A stretch of 63,929 nt of DNA, filler included, from Octopus bimaculoides (lineage: Eukaryota), in the NCBI RefSeq assembly GCF_001194135.2. It is 6 parts of 4 records of this genome, joined end to end, with 100 filler letters (N's around TTAATTAATTAA, not from the genome) between each part and the next. Parts side by side here need not be neighbours in the genome. Positions count along the whole stretch, not along the records: positions 22,699 to 45,131 come from NC_068985.1; positions 45,232 to 55,207 come from NC_068983.1; 4 more parts are not named here. The stretch is one strand, 5' to 3'. Under the pieces are notes generated by a model. The model was not told the DNA's origin. It worked only from the letters and a program-made list of their open reading frames with translations, and made no database searches. Position numbers and translations under genes: made by a program. Below, piece by piece: positions 38,431-50,400 of this stretch; position 1 is the stretch's first letter; the number at the start of each line of letters is the position of its first letter.

Positions 38431-40261
38431 TGTTTGAAGACGAAAGAGGAGTGAAACATAAGTAAAGAACCAGAGGCTGAGGGGTCTTTATCAATTATGA
38501 CTCTTCCCAAACATAATAAAATTGGTGTCAGTATAGAGTTTTAGGTCAAAATTTTTGCAAACTCAAAATTTGAATCAAGCATCAGTATTTTACTATTAGA
38601 TAAATTAATGTTATACAGTTGTTTTAGTACCTCACTGTGAATATCCACTTATAGCCATTAGCACTTAAATAGCATTAATAATAAAAAATTAAGAGTCACT
38701 TTGCTTACCAGTCAACTGAGTAAAAAGATTCTTTTAAACATGGGCTATACCCCTGGTGGTCAGCTATCTAAAGGGACACAGTCCCTTCCAGATTAAGTTA
38801 AATTGAGATGGTTCTGAAAGTTTGAAAATGAAGTCAAAGGATAAAAACAAATGTACAAAATATAGACATTTAATATTTCTTTTTCCTACACATTATGAAG
38901 ATCTTAGAATTTTTGGTTGTTGGTAGCCATCTATAGCACTATTTCATCCTTCTTTGGAATCATTGGCACAGCATAATCTGTGGGAAATAAATTAAGCTAA
39001 ATTAAGCAGTTTACAAAGTTGGTTCCTACTTTGCAAGGAAATGTTGAAAAAACTTGGTTGATGGTACAGTTTTTATTTCAGGATTTATAACTAGCATTTT
39101 TTAAAAATACTTTGTTGGGGCAGTTGACATATTTCATTTACAAGGTTTTCATATTCCATCCAAAATATTCAACTTTGTTTTATCCAATAAGATATAAGAG
39201 CACTTAAAAAGATACATGAAATGAATGAATAAATGTTATTTCTAGAAATTGCACAATCAAAACTTTACTCTCTAAGTAATAAACTATTGAAACTTATATG
39301 TGTGTATATACAAATATATACATGTATGTATATATTTGTATGTGTATATGCACAAAATGATGGGTAGAGTGATGGAGGCTGGGATACATAGTATACCCCT
39401 ATCTGGGCTTTTTGGATATTATATTCTTGTGCCCATTTTGTCTCTTTGATATTCCCTTATTTCTCTATATACCACCTGTTACATGCTTACTACTGACCAT
39501 TTCTTCATCTACTTATTAATAGCCTCCTCTCTCTCTTGCTAGTAAGCATATAGTTACCACTTTTGATTCTTTCCCATCATAATACATGAGTAAGGAGAGA
39601 TTGCATTGGATTTATTGGTATCTGATACACCTTTCCATTTACTATTCTGTGCTTCCCACCATCTCACTGTCTCTACTTTGACTCAGTCTTTTATGGATAT
39701 TGATCACTGTCTTCCCATTATCATCTTGACTACTTATCTTATCCTGTACTTCCTTTCCTGGGACTCTGTAAGTATTGTTTCTAACCTATTGCAATATCAT
39801 GTTATTTTATAGTTTAGCTTAAAATTTTTTTTTTAAGATAATGATAGGAAAGAACTGGAAGTGCACTAAATATATATTTGAATATTTGGTAGAATAAACC
39901 AAGTTTTTTTTTTCACATAGAAGATAAATATTTTTATAATATATTTATATACATATACAAAATTTTAAAAAAATACAAAGTTTGTTTATACATAAAAACT
40001 TTTATTGAACAGATTATACTGCTTTTTACTTGTAATATATAATATAATGATTTGATAAATTTTCATTTTATAACTTTCCTTTTATCACTCCTTTTGACAG
40101 AATTTCTCTTTTTTACATTGTAATATTCTTACATATAAACATATATATCACATACAAGGGAAGCTATCACTTAGGAAAATTCCAGAATTTGGTTTTTGTG
40201 TATAGGACTAAAAATTCTACAATTTTAAAATGGTTGCATAAGAATAGAAATTATCCAACAT

Positions 40262-41250
40262 ATGAGAGATGTCCTCATGGTATGCAACAAAATGAGGTTT
40301 ATTTTTCAATATAATTCTCCTTGCAGTCAACATACTTCTTTCATCATTGTTGCAATGCTTGGGTCATCTTTGATGATGAAGTTTTTATCAAAAAAAGGCA
40401 TCAACAGTAGATATGACATAATCATCACAATGATACTGGTTCTCAGCCAAATATTTTTTCATGTAAGGGAGTAGATAACAACTAGATGGGGCCAAAACAG
40501 GAGAATAGAGAGGTTGATCAACCCGTTCAAAGCCAGTCAAGCACAGCAGCTGTTGAAACCAATGGCTTGGATGTTGAAGTATTATTATGATGAAACAAGG
40601 CCCTTTTTGTCAGTTTTCTTGAGCATTTGGTCTTGATAGCCTTTCATAACTGCCTCAGTATGTTTGCATGGTACATGGCTCGTTTTTGATCAGGTGTCAG
40701 AAGACATGGCACTCACTGAGCAGACGCCTATGACATACCAAATTCATTGTGCAGAATATTCTCAACTCTCTCATGGGATATGCTGATAACATTAGTTATT
40801 TGATTTATTGTGAAATGCTCGTTATCCATCACCATGTGGTGAATATGATCAATATTTTCCTCAGTGGTGGCTGCTGCATGATGTCCAGACCTTGGGTCAT
40901 CTTCAAGCCACTCTCTTTTCCTCCTAAATTCACCTGCCTGCTTTTGCATTGTTGATAATACTGGAGTGTCATCCCCCAATGTAGCAACCATGTCAGTATG
41001 AATATGCTTGGGGGTTAAACCCTTTTTCTGCTGGTACTTGATAACACCACAATGCCAAATTTTGTCCATTTTCAAGAGAAGTCATTACTAGTTACTTTTG
41101 AAGTCTTCTTTGAACAGTTATATGTCAGTTTAGTTGGAAAAAACAATCCAGTTATTAAGAAGATTTGAAATAAATGCATGCAAGATTTCACAGCTCTAGC
41201 AACACTCTTTCATAATCAGCCTATGTACTTTTCAATTCACCCACATATAT
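40262..41250 (-). mobile_element. Decayed mariner transposon (irritans/Himar-like), same family as 18099-19110
   Basis: ORF 41075-40728 MDKIWHCGVIKY..KKGLTPK.IH.DMV.TLGD...EF.R.RE.LEDDPRSG is a mariner HTH region. Terminal sequences match the 18.1/19.1 kb ends. Confidence 0.9.
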
Positions 41251-41477
41251 CATTGTGAGTCTGTATTTATATTAAAAACACATACACACACTTTTATATA
41301 TATANNNNNNNNNNTTTTTTTCAATGTTTACAAATAATATGGAAAAATAAATAAATAGTTTCCAGGGTAGCAAAAATTCACACAAGGTAGAAACTCCAGG
41401 TTTAGGTGAAATGTTTTTGTATAATATAGATAAATAAATAGATGGAGTGAAATGCAGGTGTTATTCAAATCTTTTTA

Positions 41478-41566
41478 CTTCCAACATATGTTTCAAAGAA
41501 AACATTGGTATTATTCCAGAAGGAATAAAATGGTGTAAAACAATGCAATCTTCTCATCAGGGAAAG
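41478..41566 (-). ncRNA. Minimal type I hammerhead in a Penelope 3' pseudo-LTR
   Basis: Minus strand CUUUCC-CUGAUGA-GAAGA...UCUUU-GAAAC-AUAU-GUU-GGAAG. Stem I UUCC/GGAA, long stem II with an apical UAUUCC/GGAAUA hairpin, palindromic stem III loop. Confidence 0.75.
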
Positions 41567-42743
41567 AAAGAAATCAAACACATCAATAAGTCATTTTAAC
41601 AGAATGTGATGACTGCAGATATGATGAAGGGAACACTGGCAAGTTAAAAAAAAAAAACGTTAGTAGATATAACGTCAAAGGTAGTTTATGGAAAGAGGAG
41701 GAGGAGAAAGAAAGAAATTAGCAGAAAACTAATAGTGGAGAGATATAGTGTGATAGGTGAATAGGAATAAAGCTTAAAGGCATAGAAGTGAAATGTAAGA
41801 AGACAGTCAAAGGTCAAATTTTATAGAATGGTAGAAATCACTTATAGGAACTAAGGGTATGTGTCTGACAATGCTTGCAATGATAAACACATTCTATAAA
41901 CATGATTACAAGAGGATTCTCTGAGAACAGGATGAAATACATTTCACTGTTACAAAGCTCACAAAAAGATTTACCTTTATCATACGGAAAAGATATAGAG
42001 AGAATATTCCATTCTAAATCAAATTGTTTGTTATGATCCTTTAGATACCAAATTAATTTACTAAGCCCAGTATTGTTATATTTATTGATATGTCTAAATG
42101 TAGAGTAATGATTGGATATTCTTTTGGACAACTGAGATGAAGAACTACCTATACAAAAAAAGACGTCAGAACTGGAAGTAATTTTACATTGATAAATAGA
42201 GTTTCTAGTCTTAGAATTATTGCTAAGAAAATGAATGCGATTGAAGTCAACATCAGAAACACTAACACCACTGCTATTATTACTTAAAGAATGGTTAGTG
42301 TCAGCAAAATCAATGTTACTATTTTCATTAAGTGGATTTGTATTTAACAACTTATTATTTTGCGAAGAGATGATTTGTGAAAGATTTTTTGTGTTAGAAA
42401 AACCTATCCTGATTTTGTGTGAACTAATAATTGAATAGTATCTTGAATTTCTTAGGAAATTCTTTTCTATAGCTTCATACAACTGGTGAGGTGGGTTGGA
42501 TTTGATCTGCTTACCATATGGAATTATTAACCAAACTGTTTTGCTAGGACATACCTTGTTATTAGGGTCATTATCTTTAAAAGCCTCAATATACCTTTAT
42601 AATGAAAAAGGGGCCTTAAATAACAGTTATCTCCCTTACGCTGCAGAATTACATTACTCGATCTGGTGTTGTTATCAAAATAAAATTAATATTGCTATGA
42701 CTTGATTTCATGTCCTGATTAACAGAGGTAGAATTAATGTCAT

Positions 42744-42826
42744 TAGACGAGAAAATTGCATTGTTTTACACCATCTTATTCCTTCTGGAATAATACCAAT
42801 GTTTTCTTCAAAATATATGTTGGAAG
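42744..42826 (+). ncRNA. Inactivated inverted copy of the 41478-41566 hammerhead
   Basis: Inverted repeat of 41435-41555. Core reads UAGACGA instead of CUGAUGA and AAAAU instead of GAAAC. Confidence 0.6.
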
Positions 42827-42904
42827 TATAAAAAGATTTGAATAATACCTGAGTTTAACTCCATTTATTTATTTATATATATATACATACATACATACAT
42901 ACAT

Positions 42905-42948
<44 letters not shown>

Positions 42949-44293
42949 TTTAAAGTTGTGCAAAAGTAGGTATACTTAATTCATCAAAATTATTAGCACA
43001 TTAAATTAGCCTCATTTTTGATATTTTCAGTGTCATTTATCATAATAATACTTTTATCATAACTTGTAATTTTTTTGATAAAAATAAATGAGGATTGTAT
43101 GTGTTTTCTTTTTTCATAACTCTACACCTACCTATGCACCACCCTGTATACAGTGGCAGCTCATGTGTAGGAATTGCAGCACCCGCTATTTCCACTTGAT
43201 ATTATCAATAACATTCAATATAATGAGTCCTTTTTTTTCTTTAATTCTTTCTTTATACTTGTACATTATATAATCCTTAAACTTAATGTCAGTAGCCATC
43301 TTCTAGTTTATGAAAAAATACAAAAATCCTGTATAGAACTGTGCGCTTCACAGTTCTCGCAACACGGTGTTTGGCTGTTATGCACATACTCACATCTCTG
43401 AGACAGGAAGTTTCACACTAAGGAGAGAAAGCATTACATGAATGACAGTGCCAGGTAAAAGGTAGTGTTTCTTTTTGACTCAGTGTGTGTCATGCTTTAA
43501 AACGTGTTTATATTCCTGAATGTGATAAAGTGTAGAATTAGATTATTATCCTGCTTCCAGCTTCAGTGTTGCTGCCAGGATTTGAAAAATAGGATACACC
43601 ATTTTGTGATTTAGGGGGGATTTTTGAAAAACAAGGGAGGAATTCACTGCGGTGCTCAGTGAACAAATTATACACACTACCCGGCAGTGGCTAAAATGTG
43701 AACCAATAAAGTTTATGCATACATTTTCTTTTTATATGTTTGTTTCCTTTTACACAGTATTAAAACAACAGATCTGAAGTAGTACCCCAACTAATTTTAT
43801 CTACAAGCTGCTACAGCCTATATATAACAAGATCTTTTGAATAGAAATTCATAAATCCTTTCATGTAATGCATTAAAGGATTTATAAATTTCCATCCAAA
43901 AGTTCTCATTACAATATTCATTCTAAGCACCAGACTAATAACCATCCCATAAAATTATTTTGGAAGATGGGAATATTAAATGGTAGCTGAAATAAATAGC
44001 ATAGGAGCTTTTTATGAGCACACTCAAAAATGTTTCTCATAAATGAACTTAAAGGATATATATAGACACATATATAGATATATATATGTGTATATATGTA
44101 CATAAATCTTTCACCTATTTACTCAGTTTTGAGATTTCTCTGCTTATATTATTTAAATAAAGCATTATGTGCTTATGAAAAATTGTTGACATACCTACCC
44201 TGTTTTGTGTATGACACATTGACAAACATAGCATTTTTACATATATATTAATCTTTATAATATAAGTATTACAGATTCATTTCAGGCAATATT

Positions 44294-44521
44294 TGTTTCT
44301 TTATTGCTCACAGGGGGCTAAACATAGAGGGGACAAACAAAGACAAAGCAATTAAGCAAATTACATCAACCCCAGTGCATAACTGGTACTTATTTAATCA
44401 ACACCGAAAGGATGAAAGGCAAAGTGACCTTGGCAGAATCTGAACTCAGAATGTAACAGCAGACAAAATACTGCTAACCATTTTACCCGGCATGCTAATG
44501 ATTCTGCCAGCTCACCGCCCT
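44294..44521 (-). mobile_element. SINE family A with a 14-bp target-site duplication
   Basis: tttcaggcaatatt at 44280-44293 and 44522-44535. Many CpG to TpG/CpA changes against the 15240 copy. Confidence 0.88.
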
Positions 44522-44795
44522 TTTCAGGCAATATTACAGAAAAGTTATTCACATGAATTAGGTAATTCAGTGATAAATTCATGACAGGGACTGGTATGGA
44601 GAGTATGTGCATACTGCCCATTCCAGCACCTCTGATAAGTGTCACTTTAGGTTGTCACCGAATAACCTAATTCACCTGCAAAACTGATTCGTAAAATTGG
44701 CTAAAATGGATTATAAAACACTGTATAATATAAAGATTAATATATCTACTCTTTTTGAAAATATATTCAAATGCTTCATTTTATTGATGTATGGA

Positions 44796-44840
<45 letters not shown>

Positions 44841-45238
44841 ATATATGTGTTTTTATATTATTAATAAATTCATAAACTTATCAATAATATACTCAGGAAA
44901 TCAATATTTAATATTTCGAAAAACATACATCCGATATGAAACGGCAACATAATAAATTTAAAATTTAAAATATAAATATACGAAATATAAATATCAATAT
45001 GTATAAAAATCTGAATGTAGATAAATATACGTGTGAATATAAATGCGTATAAAAATTTATGCGTAATTAAGCATGAATATTGTAAAGTCTAAAATATAAA
45101 ATATAAAAGAACCTAAAATTTAAAGAGTTAANNNNNNNNNNNNNNNNNNNNNNNNNNNNNNNNNNNNNNNNNNNNTTAATTAATTAANNNNNNNNNNNNN
45201 NNNNNNNNNNNNNNNNNNNNNNNNNNNNNNNATATTGT

Positions 45239-45740
45239 TTAGCACACCAATTTGGACAGAATTATCAAGTTATCATGTTTGTACGAATGAGACGGTTCAT
45301 AACTGAAAGCAGCTTCAGGTGTTGTGAGAAACAAATTTGTACGTGGTCTATTTCTGAGAGCTATTCTACTGGACCTCTTTGTAATATGGCGCGCTAAACG
45401 TTGTTTTAATGATTTAACGTTAAATGCTGCAGTATGCCTTTTCTGTTTCATCTCCCTACACTCTTGAGATTCCATCTGATGTGCTGCAGCATGGCTTTGC
45501 TGATCTTGAGAAATTCTCATCTCTCTTCTGCTTTGCGACTACATCAGACGTTCGGCAGCATGCCTTTGCCGATGCTGAGGAAGTCTCCTTAAACCTTTCT
45601 CGTTTGAGACTCTATCTCATGTGCTGCAATATGCCTTTGTTGATGTTGAGAAAGTCTCATGTCCCGTATCTCTTGAGACGCACGCTTTCGATTTTCTGCG
45701 CTCCCTTGCTTTTTGGTGTTTCTGGAAAGATTACTTTTCT
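45239..45740 (-). mobile_element. Helitron N-terminal fragment (repetitive basic/acidic region followed by AAF.Y.P...Y)
   Basis: Imperfect repeats gctgcag.atg.ctttg..gat..tgag and translation QRLARH...AAFSYEPSHSYKHDNLIILSKLVC. Confidence 0.6.
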
Positions 45741-47423
45741 CTTGGTGGCATATTGTTTCAATATTTTATACAAAAAATTATGAATATTGAAAAATATACA
45801 TTAATTTCTATTTTTGCAAGCAGTTGTATGGATGTAGAATGTCTATAATTTTTGGACCGTCCGTGTAATTGTTTTTTGTCAAGAGTTTCACCTCCAGCTG
45901 TTCCCGTCATATATGTATATATATATGTGTAGATGTATACGTGTGTTTAATAACGTACGTAACAGGCGCGCAAACACACACACATTGACAAACACATACA
46001 CATTCATATACATTCATATACAAAACGCAAACATACACACTCACATACAGTCACACACATATAGTGAGAGAGACACATACATACATACATCCATACATAC
46101 ATTGATGCATGTCAGTCGTCACGTGTGTAAATGTATACGTAGATGTGTGCGTATGTTTAATGAGGTACGTGACGTGGAAACACACACACTGTCCGAGAGA
46201 TATACACACTCATACACCTACACACATACACATACACACATACACTCAGAGATACATACACACTCACATATATGACGTTGTCGTCGTCGTTGTATAAAAT
46301 GTTCTTTACTCTCTCGTACGTATCGAACGCGCAAACATATACACAAAATGAATGAATAAATATGAAACAATGCTATAGTTTTATCACATTACAAGTAAGA
46401 GTGAGAGAATAAAAGTGAAACGACATTATATCACACAAGGATGTCAATTTCTAGACAGAAACTACAAGCCCCATTTCAGTGTATAAAACTCTAGAAGAAA
46501 ATACCTTCAGCAAAATAACTTGAACTACTTTAGGATGTCTTCCAACGCATGACCTCTCAGTGGCGTGTTTGAATTCTCATTGGGGAGAAATGAAGTCTTA
46601 TCAGCTGTGTCAAAACGGTTCTCAATAGGGAGGAAATGTAAATAGTTAAATAGAAGGAGTGCAATAAATTTAAAGTAATGTTGTAGAGAGGGCGTACAAG
46701 TAGCGTCAAGACAAATATATTTACGCACGCCAAACTTGAAATACACTGAAATCAATGTTTAAAGAGAGAGAGTGAGAGAGGAGAGAGTAAAAGAAACAGA
46801 CTTAGAATTAAAGAGAGCAAATATTGCAGAGGGTGAAAGTGAAACAGACAGAAAAGGGAGAGACTCGCTTGAAAACTGCAGCAGTCAAACGGAAAGAATC
46901 TGTTGAAAACTGCAATTCTTAGAGAAAATCACAAGTGAAACTCTTTTTTCCCAGTCGGTTCCTCCCATCACACGAGAGCTCTGGGTAAAATGTCATAATA
47001 CGTCACCACCCTTCGCACATGAGTAATGTGCGTGCAAAATTAGGGGTAAATCGGTTGAAAACTGTAGAAATGCATAAGTTACACACAGACAGATATGCTT
47101 TGTTTGATATGGATACACATATACATTCATGCACACACTCATACACACACACACACACATATATATATGTTAGACAAAATGTGATAACAAAGCCAAGGCT
47201 GTGAGGAGTGTCCAGGACATTTATAATGTAAAAGATTTCTTATTTTGTCTAATATATATATATATATATATAATCATGCTAATACAAGACCCCCCCCCCA
47301 CATTAGACTCCTCACTCCTATCACTATCGAACGTAGAGTTTAACTACGGTCTGTCCATAGCACTTATTTAGCGTTACCTGTAACTCTTTGGGCCTTCTAG
47401 ATACCAATACCTTTCATGTATAT

Positions 47424-47474
<51 letters not shown>

Positions 47475-50400
47475 TGTATGTATGTATATCTGTANNNNNN
47501 NNNNNNNNNNNNNNNNNNNNNNNNNNNNNNNNNNNNNNNNNNNTATATATATATATAAATATATATATGCATGTATGTATGTATATCTGTATATATGTAT
47601 ATTATTATATATATATGTAAGGTCGTGGTTATATATAATGTTTGGAAAGGTACTTTTAGAGAACCACTCAACCCGAATTCAGATCTATCAACACTTTCTG
47701 GTTCTAGAGAAATGCCTGAATTCCTGAAGTGTAGAAAATCCTCTTTTCACGACGGTCATACCGCGATGTGGGTTTGGAGAAGTGTAAATTATAATCTGAA
47801 TAATAAAAAAGACAAAGAATGTCTTTAACACATCTTTAATGATTCATTGCATCTGTTTTTTATAATTTTCTTTACCGACAGTGCTTGCAGCGCCACTTTA
47901 CGCAAAGATTCCAAGTGAAAATGTACTTAATGCTTGCGGTGTTAAACATTAGAGTGACGATTTATAAGACTAGCGTCAAAAGTGCGCGTTCACATTGTCT
48001 TGCATCTTCTAGACATTGTGATTTGGCTTATATCGAGAGGAAACAATGTCTGGAAGACACACAATGTTATGTCCAGATCTGTTGCCTTTCGTATTCATCC
48101 TGCTGGATCTAAAACAAGTCTTCACTGGCAACAATTTAATGACATAGACAAGATTGTAAGGTTGTAAATAAATGGGTGGAATAGTAAATGTCTCAAGAAT
48201 ATTCAAATTTGGGTTCAAGAATGGTGCAGTTCCCTACAGAATGTTTTGGTTTTGAGTGTTGATTTTGTTCTTAATTTTCGGTGTGTGATTTTTTTTGCCC
48301 CATTATTGCATGTTTCCTTCGTGAATATTACTTGTATTTGGCTTACGATGATAGTGTAGATTTAACCAGAAATACATCTGTATTTATTGGTTTATTAGCT
48401 AATCATATATACAGTGATAAACAAATATACAAAAATGTGTAATTAGAATTTGAATTGAATGAAATAAATGAGTTAGTAATAAGTCATTTCTGGAAAGAAA
48501 TGTGGAAGAAATGTAACGATTTTCTGCTCATCCGCATCTTCTACTGTTTTCACTGATCTTCCGTCTTACGCATCTTTTCATTTCCTTTCTTTAAACAAAT
48601 ATGGCACCCTTCGACCTTAGTACAGCCTCGCTTAACTTGTCTGATTGCTCAATTCTCCAAGTGTTTATAACTATTCATTACTCTCTTTTTCTCTCTCTCT
48701 CTGCTTCTCATTTTCTCTCTCTGTCTGTCTTACTCTCTGTGTACCTCTCTCTTTCTCCCTGTCTCTAACTCTATCTCTCTCTTTCTCTCTCATGATGTCC
48801 CCCTTTTGTAATCAATTATATTTTATTTCCAGTTTAATCTCGCTTGTATTCTGCTCCTTGTCTCCTCTCTTCAGCTCTTTCTCTCTGTATATTTACTCAC
48901 TGTAACTCTATCGTTGCCACTATCTCTTAAATATTCCTTCCTCGATTGTCTGCCTCTCTATTTTATCGAACGTATCGACGTCTTCAGCCTTACTTCACCC
49001 TCATATAGTACGTTCTGAATACATTATGCTCCCTGTCACCTTCATCTTCTACAGCCCCACTTATATTTCCTTTTAACTCTTCCGTTCACTTTATCTAGCA
49101 ATAACTCATTTTGTGTTAATTTATGTCCCTCTTCCTTTCTTCCGACCTGCCCTCCCAACTCCTTCTTTATCTCTCACTGCATTGTAGTAACAAGAAACCA
49201 ATAACATCGACCGATCCAACGCCCTTGTCTGCGAAATTTTACCTCAATAACTAGCGATGCTGAAAATTATCCGGCTTTCGTAGAAAGACGCCAGCTGACA
49301 ACGTACAACACTTCACTCGTTTGCTGTTCCCTTCGATCAACACACATTAATCTGCTTCTTATTGATTATAGATAAAAGGAACTTCCCCAAGTAAAATGCT
49401 AACTCACAATTATATTTTTTTTATTTCCTTTTCAATCTACTCTGGCTAAAGGGCAACTGACTCGGTAAACAGTTCACCCGAGTTTTGTTTCTAATTGAAT
49501 ACGATGTATATTCAACAGATGTTTCATGTCAAGAATTTTATTTTCTCATTTATCATACATACGGAAACAATGATACCTTCAGAATGGTCGAGACAACAAC
49601 ACGCCGGAATAAATACATTATAGTATTTAGATTTGCTTCGCTACGTTCAGATTTCTTAGTGAGTTGGTTTTGACGTCGTCGTCATTCTCCAGAAAATAGC
49701 CAGTGGATTGTTTTACATTAGCGGTGACTCAATCATTTATACAGTGTGACAAGAAGAATGGCCATACACTCTACGGAAAATGCATCACTATTTAAATACA
49801 GAGTTCGGATCTTACCGATATCAAATAAGTTCTTCATCTTTTTGGGGTCGATAAATTAAATCAACATTCCATTTTGTTTAAACAAGATCATTCATTATAA
49901 AATGAAGTATCATTATTAGCAAACGCGTGGGTGTAAAGAATAAATGTCATACAGTAACTAATTATCTCCTTTGGCATTCTGGGTACACCTATGTAATGCA
50001 AGTGCCATTAGATTCATATTTACAAGATCGATAATGTGATCAAGAAATATTAGTCATGCAAATTGAAAAAAATAGTCATCTGTATAATTTGAATACAGAT
50101 GTTAAAAATACATAATGTAGTAATGAACTTAGGGGATGGTTTAATGGATGGATTACTGTCCCATCTAACACACTGCTTCGCGAATAATATAGATTTATTA
50201 CAAACATATACAGGTAGAAAGTTTAGTTGAATCAACTGCAAATGATTTTTTGTTTTTTATCCATCCTTGGTAAAAATGAAATTATGACTCAGTGACTCGA
50301 GTAGTCATGAAATACAGGAAATTGGAACTAAACACGTCAAGCTCGCTATCATGTTCTGGCAGTTTCACTTCTAAATATAGAATGTGTTGTCATCCAATAA

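Larger units (their letters stand above)
41335..42870 (-). mobile_element. 5'-truncated Penelope-like element: GIY-YIG C-terminus, 3' pseudo-LTR and inverted 5' pseudo-LTR copy
   Basis: ORF 42482-41838: IYQCKIT..FCIG..RISNHYSTF...TGLSKLIW.LK...W.IL...C.LC..E. About 120 bp inverted repeat 41435-41555 / 42749-42870. Confidence 0.9.
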
